Virus record (IMG/VR): IMGVR_UViG_3300022602_000024
Location: 1-64,000 of that record
Length of the DNA stretch: 64,000 nt
Strand: one strand, 5' to 3'
Part shown: one piece after another, positions 58,801 to 64,000 of the stretch
Position numbering within the stretch: the first letter of the stretch is position 1
How the letters are laid out: each line of letters opens with the position of its first letter
Program-made: the position numbers and the translations under genes
The notes under the pieces: generated by a model
The model's input: only the letters and a program-made list of their open reading frames with translations
What the model was told of the DNA's origin: nothing
The model's database searches: none

Positions 58801-59634
58801 AAACCAGTCAACCCTGCAACAAATCGCAAAAACCCCACAGTGATAAGTTGCAGTGACTATTGGCAACATTACGAAAACTCTTATTCTAATATTATTACAG
58901 TGAATTATCGGGGTACAACTTACAATGCCCCAGCTGGAGGATTCACACAAGCACAACTGGCAACGCTAGGTATATTGGATCCATTGGGCAATGGTACAAT
59001 ACGTGTAGACCAAAGAAATGCCACCGTGGATGCTGCAGTGGCACGTTGTATTGCAGCAGGAGTAACCGTGGTTAGTATTGCAGGAAACTATGGATCTTAC
59101 ATAGATGTTCCTTCTGGACAAGATTACAACAATTATTTCATTGACAACACAAGTGCAGTAGTATATTACCATCAAGGATCTAGTCCTGGTGCTGCACCTG
59201 GAGTTATCTGTGTAGGCAATATGAATTCCACAGTGGTTGAACAAAAGGCCAACGATAGTGGCAACGGACCCAGGGTAGATGTGTTTGCTCCTGGTACCAG
59301 CATTATCAGTTCATTGAATACTGCAATTGGTGCAACACAATTGGCCAACATCAATGCAATTACTGGCACTTATAATTTGCCCACAGTACCTGATCCTCGC
59401 AATCCCGCATTTTATGTAGGCAAAGACTCTGGTACCAGTATGGCATGCCCACAAGTTGCTGGGTATCTTGCGTGTATGTTGGAAAAATACCCCACTGCAA
59501 CACCAACACAATTGTACGGTTTTGTTGCCAACAATGCTACTACAGGGCAATTGACATCCACGGTTGCAGGGTACGGACTCAACAATGATCTCAATGGCGC
59601 ATCCAACTTGGTTTTGCGGGCAGCTTTTACATAA
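55882..59634 (+). CDS. Multidomain virion protein: Gly-rich N-terminus, 203-aa duplication, C-terminal S8 subtilisin-like protease (1250 aa)
   Basis: Catalytic triad motifs VVILDLG (58465-58488), NHAAHCAGIAAG (58642-) and SGTSMACPQVAG (59428-); also DVFAPG. Confidence 0.8.
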   Translation: MAAENRAIWVNQQGTWKKVTNFSINQGGNWVPVSAAYYNDNGIWKQFYPSGGVVNALGAGTYSWLVPPGVTSITVDLVGGGGGGGTGEEVDSGGAGGGGGSGGYQSGVTFPTVPGETLTITVGAGGAGGLTSGRGSTAGGSDGGTTSITGSQGTLTATGGTGALAGGDSGGGSKKNAGVIGNLVNSIFGGGSSNPPPPGVGGLGGTGGYPNGANGVTGDAGQSDGASGNGGAGGSTPFGAGGPGGIGGKSTQSTTASTATGSAGLGYGSGGGGAGFQNAVNPLGWSGGNGQDGGVQIRWNNGLLSTFLQPGAPAASNGTIIPNQATLTPSVTTASTSANNPTYASGVIVSVPGSSSASSTTNSGASVNAITVATASGTTSGTTSDSLPTPDVIKQLADAINGLTPSQIAAYMDKNKIPPISISLASGITAQEVQDQYNAVDPNGIYSTAAFVSLPTTIQVDPPSGNSGTEFTISIFNGYPNQPYGVWAVTSPPPDSYQAAHPGLTEYQIEGIIFNDGTGLMTTDAKGYAKNIISGYAMTGYQYANSLDNETINVKLTPFASGGAFPAGGYNSFAKSSVSVAVLNTYNTTESNKAIYAKILADTAGMTPSQIAHYMDTNGYSALTVASALGLSGSAVQAAYNAVDPNGPYSTAEQTNPTLTLDPPTGDLSTVFTATLTNGLRNLTYTFAVIDAAGTFINGEGKSVVLDSSGTGSTTVSALQLATLYEALNVNEIITTFNGITLNPIHIGAQQSSSSTLLQSNPVYITCVNAPGSAPANSGTSGSGGDGGYAASADLAPIPFANYNQTNAYWDKTSRQLTPDPKWRNWGILRCVTGVPVDGWGADGTPDTTGTVTLPVSGKNVDVVILDLGTFNPNHPEFAVNPNGTGGSRAVTFNWFIYNEWLNLGINSQYSDTSYNTYDANHAAHCAGIAAGNTYGWARSANIYSINYAVCPGGNSATGFANAFDYVRAFHVNKPVNPATNRKNPTVISCSDYWQHYENSYSNIITVNYRGTTYNAPAGGFTQAQLATLGILDPLGNGTIRVDQRNATVDAAVARCIAAGVTVVSIAGNYGSYIDVPSGQDYNNYFIDNTSAVVYYHQGSSPGAAPGVICVGNMNSTVVEQKANDSGNGPRVDVFAPGTSIISSLNTAIGATQLANINAITGTYNLPTVPDPRNPAFYVGKDSGTSMACPQVAGYLACMLEKYPTATPTQLYGFVANNATTGQLTSTVAGYGLNNDLNGASNLVLRAAFT

Positions 59635-59659
59635 ATATATAGAATAGATAACCAACAAT

Positions 59660-61336
59660 ATGTCATATACCATAACAGCCAGCGATAGTACAGTAAATAT
59701 CACGATTGCAGACGGAGCTATCAACGAAACTAGTACTTCTTTAAGTTTACCTGGGCCTAACTATCTGGGGTATGGGCAGGTATTAGATCAAAACTTATTA
59801 AAGTTGTTGACTAACTTTGCTTCTAATACTGCACCTGTAGGTACAAGTGTTCAAGGACAACTTTGGTTTAACAAAGCAACACAAACACTAAACGTTTACA
59901 CTAATCAAGGATACTCTCCTGTTTCTGGTGTTACTATTAGCAATACTACTCCAACAAATCCAAGTGCTGGCGAAATATGGTTTAACTCTGCCACTGAACA
60001 AACATACATGTATTACAATGGCGCATTTGTTCTAATAGGACCAATGTACACCAGTGCACAAGGCACAAGCGGAGCAATACCAGTTAAACTTTACGACATT
60101 GGCGGCACTGGTGCAACACATAATGTATTGCAAATGCAATATGGTGGTACTATTATTGCTATGTTTAGTTCAGACCCTGCGTTCCAGCCTAGCCCGGCAA
60201 TAAACGGATTTCCTTGGGTGTACTCGGGTCTCACAATCAACACATCAATATTTTCCACCACTGGTCAATTTTATGCAAATGCCAATACTGCTGCTTATTT
60301 GCCAACAGACCCAACCATACAAAATATTCAAAATAACATTAACTTGTTGTCAGGCAACATAAGTTCTGTCAGCGCAGCTGCCACTGCTTCGGTTAATGCG
60401 GCCAATGTGGCACTCACTAACTACATCAACAGTATCAGTAGTTCAATTACTTCGCAGTTGGCAGCCGCAGAAGTAACACTTACAAATCAGTCTAATCAAA
60501 TTGTTGCAGCCGCAACAGCAAATCTTAATGCTACGATTGCCAACGTTGAAGCATTTGCTAATAGTATAGTTGCAAACTTGTCTGGAATAGAATCAAACTT
60601 AAATGCATTGTCTTCCCTGACTGTTAGTACTATTTTGGCAATTGAAAGTAATGTTGCAACACTACAATCTGAGGTGTATACCAATGCTAGTGTAGCTGCA
60701 TACTTGCCATCATACGGTGGCGCAATCTCTGCTAGCACAATAACTGCAACTACACCAAGTTATAGTGATAGCAGTACCAATGTTGCTACTACTGCATTTG
60801 TACGTTCTATTATTCCGCGAGGTATAATCACTTTATGGTCAGGCGGATCAGTGCCATCGGGATGGGCATTATGCAATGGATCCAACGGTACCCCTGATTT
60901 ACGAGATAAATTTATTCTAGGTGCGGGCGGATCTTTACCAGGGTCAGGCGGTGCTACTACCGCAACTGTAAGCGGTATTCCTGCACATACTCACACAGTA
61001 TCTTTAACCGGTACTACCGATTCTGGCGGTGCACATACACCAACTGGCACTTTTAACGATCCTGGGCACGCACATGGATATGTAGACCCACAATTACCAA
61101 GTGGAGGAACAACTTCGTATCAAAATGGCCCTCAAGGATCTACGTGGAGAGCAGAAAACATTGCAAATAGTCAAACTCAAACATCAGTAACTGGCATATC
61201 TATAACAGTAGATCCAGTTCCTGCACACCAACATACCCTAACTGTGTCTGGGACTACTGCCAGCACTGGCTCGGGGTATGCATCAGTGAGTACAATGCCA
61301 CCTTACTATGCAATGGCTTACATTATGAAATTATAG
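59660..61336 (+). CDS. Short tail fibre with tail-collar domain (558 aa)
   Basis: Anchor N-terminus plus IPRGII.LWSG..VPSGWALCNG.NGTPDLRDKF collar motif and MPPYYAMAYIMK end. Confidence 0.8.
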   Translation: MSYTITASDSTVNITIADGAINETSTSLSLPGPNYLGYGQVLDQNLLKLLTNFASNTAPVGTSVQGQLWFNKATQTLNVYTNQGYSPVSGVTISNTTPTNPSAGEIWFNSATEQTYMYYNGAFVLIGPMYTSAQGTSGAIPVKLYDIGGTGATHNVLQMQYGGTIIAMFSSDPAFQPSPAINGFPWVYSGLTINTSIFSTTGQFYANANTAAYLPTDPTIQNIQNNINLLSGNISSVSAAATASVNAANVALTNYINSISSSITSQLAAAEVTLTNQSNQIVAAATANLNATIANVEAFANSIVANLSGIESNLNALSSLTVSTILAIESNVATLQSEVYTNASVAAYLPSYGGAISASTITATTPSYSDSSTNVATTAFVRSIIPRGIITLWSGGSVPSGWALCNGSNGTPDLRDKFILGAGGSLPGSGGATTATVSGIPAHTHTVSLTGTTDSGGAHTPTGTFNDPGHAHGYVDPQLPSGGTTSYQNGPQGSTWRAENIANSQTQTSVTGISITVDPVPAHQHTLTVSGTTASTGSGYASVSTMPPYYAMAYIMKL

Positions 61337-61384
61337 GACGCTGATCCAATAAACTACTAGATAAATACAAAAAGGAACAGCTAA

Positions 61385-62734
61385 ATGTCTTATACAATTA
61401 ATAAATCGGATGGAAGCACACTAGTATCTGGTGGCTTGTCTGACGGCACTATTGATACAACACACTCAAGTTTAACATTAATTGGTAAAGATTACGCTGG
61501 TTACGGTCAATTTCTAAACGAGAATTTTGTTTTCTTATTGGAAAATTTTGCATCAATTGGTAGCCCATCAAACCCAATTCCGGGACAACTATGGTTTGAT
61601 AAACATAACAATATTCTTAAAGTCTATACCGGAAACAGTTGGAAAATCTCCACTGGTGCTACTACTAGTCCGTATTCTAGTCCGCCAGTTGATACTAGTG
61701 CACAAGGTGGAGACTTATGGTTTGATACATCAAACAGCCAACTAAAAGTTTGGTCTGGCACAAACTGGGTAACTATTGGTCCAGTTGGTACTGCAGCAAC
61801 AGGAAATTCTGGAGCAGTTCCGGCAGTGATATTAGACACTACTGGTGGTACACACGTGGTAGTGCAGATTTTGATTTACGGTATACCGTATGTCATTATT
61901 TCCAAGGACGCTACTTTTTTCACCAACATATCTGGATTTTCTACAGTTAATCCAGGCTTTAACGTCAATACTGCTTCCTCACCGTTTTTGGGAGTAGCTG
62001 CCGGGCAAGCTCTAACTGCTAATATTATAACCGCAGGATCTGTAGTAACAAACGGAATAACTACGTCAGGTACCACTGCAATTACACCGTCGGCAATTAC
62101 AACCAGCACACTCAATGCATCGACGATAGTTACATCATCGTCGATCACAGTAGGCAGTTCTACTGTAGCCGGGACATCAGTAACAACTCCAACACTGAAT
62201 GCGACAGCAGTAAATGTCAGCGGAACAATAGCCCCAACTGCTAATTTAGGTGTAAATTTGGGATCTAGTGGTACTTGGTTCAACAATGTGTATGCAGCTC
62301 AGTTTGTAGGTACCACATTTGCAGGAACAGCGGTACGTGCACTCTACGCTGACTTGGCAGAACGGTTTGAAGCAGACACAGAATACGAGCCAGGAACCGT
62401 GGTTGAAATGGGCGGCCCTGCAGAAATAACCAAAGTCGGTGCAGAATTAAGCGATAATGTATTTGGAGTCATAAGTACTAATGCAGCCTATTTGATGAAT
62501 GCCGGTGCCGGAACAGATGTTACACATCCACCTATAGCAATGAGCGGTAGAGTTCCAGTCAAAGTAGTAGGTACAGTCAAAAAAGGTGATAGATTAGTCA
62601 GTGCCGGAAACGGATGTGCCCGTGCAGGGTCAAAAGCAGAAATTACTCCTTGGAATGTAATTGGACGTAGTTTGGTTGACAAACTGGATGCTGATGAAGG
62701 TATAATTGAAGCTATAGTAAAAATAAATTCATAA
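61385..62734 (+). CDS. Tail fibre with C-terminal intramolecular-chaperone (peptidase G2-like) domain (449 aa)
   Basis: Anchor N-terminus plus ALYADLAERF...PGTVV..GG...GRVPV.V.G motif; TAAATA at 61362. Confidence 0.75.
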   Translation: MSYTINKSDGSTLVSGGLSDGTIDTTHSSLTLIGKDYAGYGQFLNENFVFLLENFASIGSPSNPIPGQLWFDKHNNILKVYTGNSWKISTGATTSPYSSPPVDTSAQGGDLWFDTSNSQLKVWSGTNWVTIGPVGTAATGNSGAVPAVILDTTGGTHVVVQILIYGIPYVIISKDATFFTNISGFSTVNPGFNVNTASSPFLGVAAGQALTANIITAGSVVTNGITTSGTTAITPSAITTSTLNASTIVTSSSITVGSSTVAGTSVTTPTLNATAVNVSGTIAPTANLGVNLGSSGTWFNNVYAAQFVGTTFAGTAVRALYADLAERFEADTEYEPGTVVEMGGPAEITKVGAELSDNVFGVISTNAAYLMNAGAGTDVTHPPIAMSGRVPVKVVGTVKKGDRLVSAGNGCARAGSKAEITPWNVIGRSLVDKLDADEGIIEAIVKINS

Positions 62735-62746
62735 GGATAAACAAAA

Positions 62747-63706
62747 ATGGCATATTCACAAGGTGGTTTAATTGCAGCCACAGACTACAATGGTTTTGTG
62801 GGCACTGCTACTACATCAGGCACTATAAATTATGTCTGGAGTACTGGTAACGGCCAATACGGTTACGGACAGACTGCACTAACACAAGCCGCATCATCAG
62901 CAGGATTGATTACTGCCACACAATGGGCCACAATGATCAACACCTTAAACAGTATCAGTAAACATCAAAGTGGTGGTTCTGGTACTGGTATCACTGCTCC
63001 TACTGCTGGTAACCAAATCAATTATCTAAGCACACTATCAACTAACATTGCTACTATCAATACAAACCATAATAGTGCCAACACACAAGGCAGTATAGTG
63101 TCTGGATCGGGCGTTGCAGCCAGCGCCATCACTGCAACCAACAACACTACATATGGTCCTACAGTATTCCAAACACGTACAGTGACATTCAGTAGTGGCG
63201 ATGCTGCACGTTATTTCTTTAACGCTGGTGGTTCAATCAACTTGGTTGTTACCGGTGTAACAAACAACGACAGCACATCACGCAGTACTGATGCAGTAAA
63301 CGTGTTACTTACATACTTTGCAGGAATGAGCAACTTTAAAGGTACTAGCAATGGCCAACGCACTGGTACAGGTGGTACACTGAGTGGCAGTTACACATCG
63401 GGTTACTGGGGACTAACAACCAGTTACCAAACTATTGCACAGGTTACTACATCTAGCAGTACTTACTCTGGTGATTACATGTTGTTGCAAGCCAAAACAA
63501 ATGGTAGCAATTTATCCGGCAATGGCGATAACGGCAGTGTAATTTCTTTTGCACTGACTTATTATTCAGCACACACCAGTACAACTTCTGCATTGTACGG
63601 AAGTTCGGGCGACACATTGAATGTAACTCCCACAACCCGTATTGACTATTATCCACCAGAAACAACCAACTTGTCATCAAGTTGGGGAACCCCGACAATA
63701 GCCTAA
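62747..63706 (+). CDS. Virion structural protein (319 aa)
   Basis: SD AAGGA; MAYSQGGLI.ATDYN, GYGQ and ARYFFNAGG motifs; last gene of the fibre operon. Confidence 0.68.
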   Translation: MAYSQGGLIAATDYNGFVGTATTSGTINYVWSTGNGQYGYGQTALTQAASSAGLITATQWATMINTLNSISKHQSGGSGTGITAPTAGNQINYLSTLSTNIATINTNHNSANTQGSIVSGSGVAASAITATNNTTYGPTVFQTRTVTFSSGDAARYFFNAGGSINLVVTGVTNNDSTSRSTDAVNVLLTYFAGMSNFKGTSNGQRTGTGGTLSGSYTSGYWGLTTSYQTIAQVTTSSSTYSGDYMLLQAKTNGSNLSGNGDNGSVISFALTYYSAHTSTTSALYGSSGDTLNVTPTTRIDYYPPETTNLSSSWGTPTIA

Positions 63707-63718
63707 TACCCAATCGGG

Positions 63719-63747
63719 TTGACCTTTAAGGTGTAGCATAGTATAAT
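63719..63747 (+). promoter_or_regulatory. Near-consensus sigma70 promoter
   Basis: TTGACC (63719-63724), 17-nt spacer, TATAAT (63742-63747). Confidence 0.75.
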
Positions 63748-63767
63748 CACTTGCTACACCTTTTATT
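63728..63767 (+). terminator. Terminator-like 11-bp hairpin overlapping the promoter
   Basis: AAGGTGTAGCA / TGCTACACCTT inverted repeat followed by TTATT, about 20 nt after the stop of the last structural gene. Confidence 0.65.
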
Positions 63768-63772
63768 CTATT

Positions 63773-64000
63773 ATGAGCGAAGTCGAACAGTTAACTAAAC
63801 AAATTAAACAGGCCACAGACTATCAAATCAATAAAACCATTCTACGGGAAAAGATTCAAACGGATCTACACTTTACCTATAATGGTGGATTATTTAAAGC
63901 CACACAAGAACTGATTGCTTTTGTATATGCTTGGAGCGGCACTGAAGAATTTTGGCCCTGGGATCACGGCAATCCCATTTTCTTAGAAGATACCTACGGT
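63773..64000 (+). CDS. Hypothetical protein, truncated by the window edge
   Basis: ATG 63773 opens 76 stop-free codons (MSEVEQLTKQIKQATDYQINK...LEDTYG) downstream of the sigma70 promoter. Confidence 0.65.
   Translation, partial: MSEVEQLTKQIKQATDYQINKTILREKIQTDLHFTYNGGLFKATQELIAFVYAWSGTEEFWPWDHGNPIFLEDTYG

Noticed and set aside
52315-63706. Diversity-generating retroelement acting on the fibre genes
   Set aside because: No reverse transcriptase and no template/variable repeat pair with adenine-specific mismatches seen in this window.
1-64000. Stop-codon reassignment or tRNA genes
   Set aside because: All major genes are intact under the standard code, with TAA, TAG and TGA all used as stops. 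No tRNA cloverleaf was recognised.

Overview
This window is 64 kb of a large T4-like (myovirus-type) bacteriophage genome, covering mainly the virion structural modules. Left arm (minus strand): repeat-rich Gly/Thr/Asn fibre and virion proteins, then the head module (gp23 capsid, gp22 scaffold, gp21 protease, an acidic/basic core protein, gp20 portal) and a tape-measure-like gene with a C-terminal M15-type peptidase. Centre: a plus-strand gp26/gp51-like pair joined by a probable -1 frameshift, a ~420-nt densely structured non-coding region directly downstream of a minimal GIY-YIG nuclease gene, two paralogous PLP-enzyme genes inside the gp47-gp46 operon, and the gp55-like late sigma factor. 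Right arm (plus strand): baseplate genes (gp48/54-, gp53-, hub-, gp5-, gp25-, gp6-like and a 3801-aa wedge protein) and a fibre cluster that includes a subtilisin-bearing protein. TAAATA late promoters, sigma70-type promoters and intrinsic terminators are visible. There is one assembly gap (787-796) inside an 87-nt tandem repeat. No tRNA, rRNA, CRISPR array, integrase or reverse transcriptase was recognised. The best novelty candidates are the GIY-YIG plus large structured RNA pair, the tail-chaperone-like frameshift and the PLP-enzyme cassette. All assignments come from reading motifs by eye; no database searches or folding programs were run.
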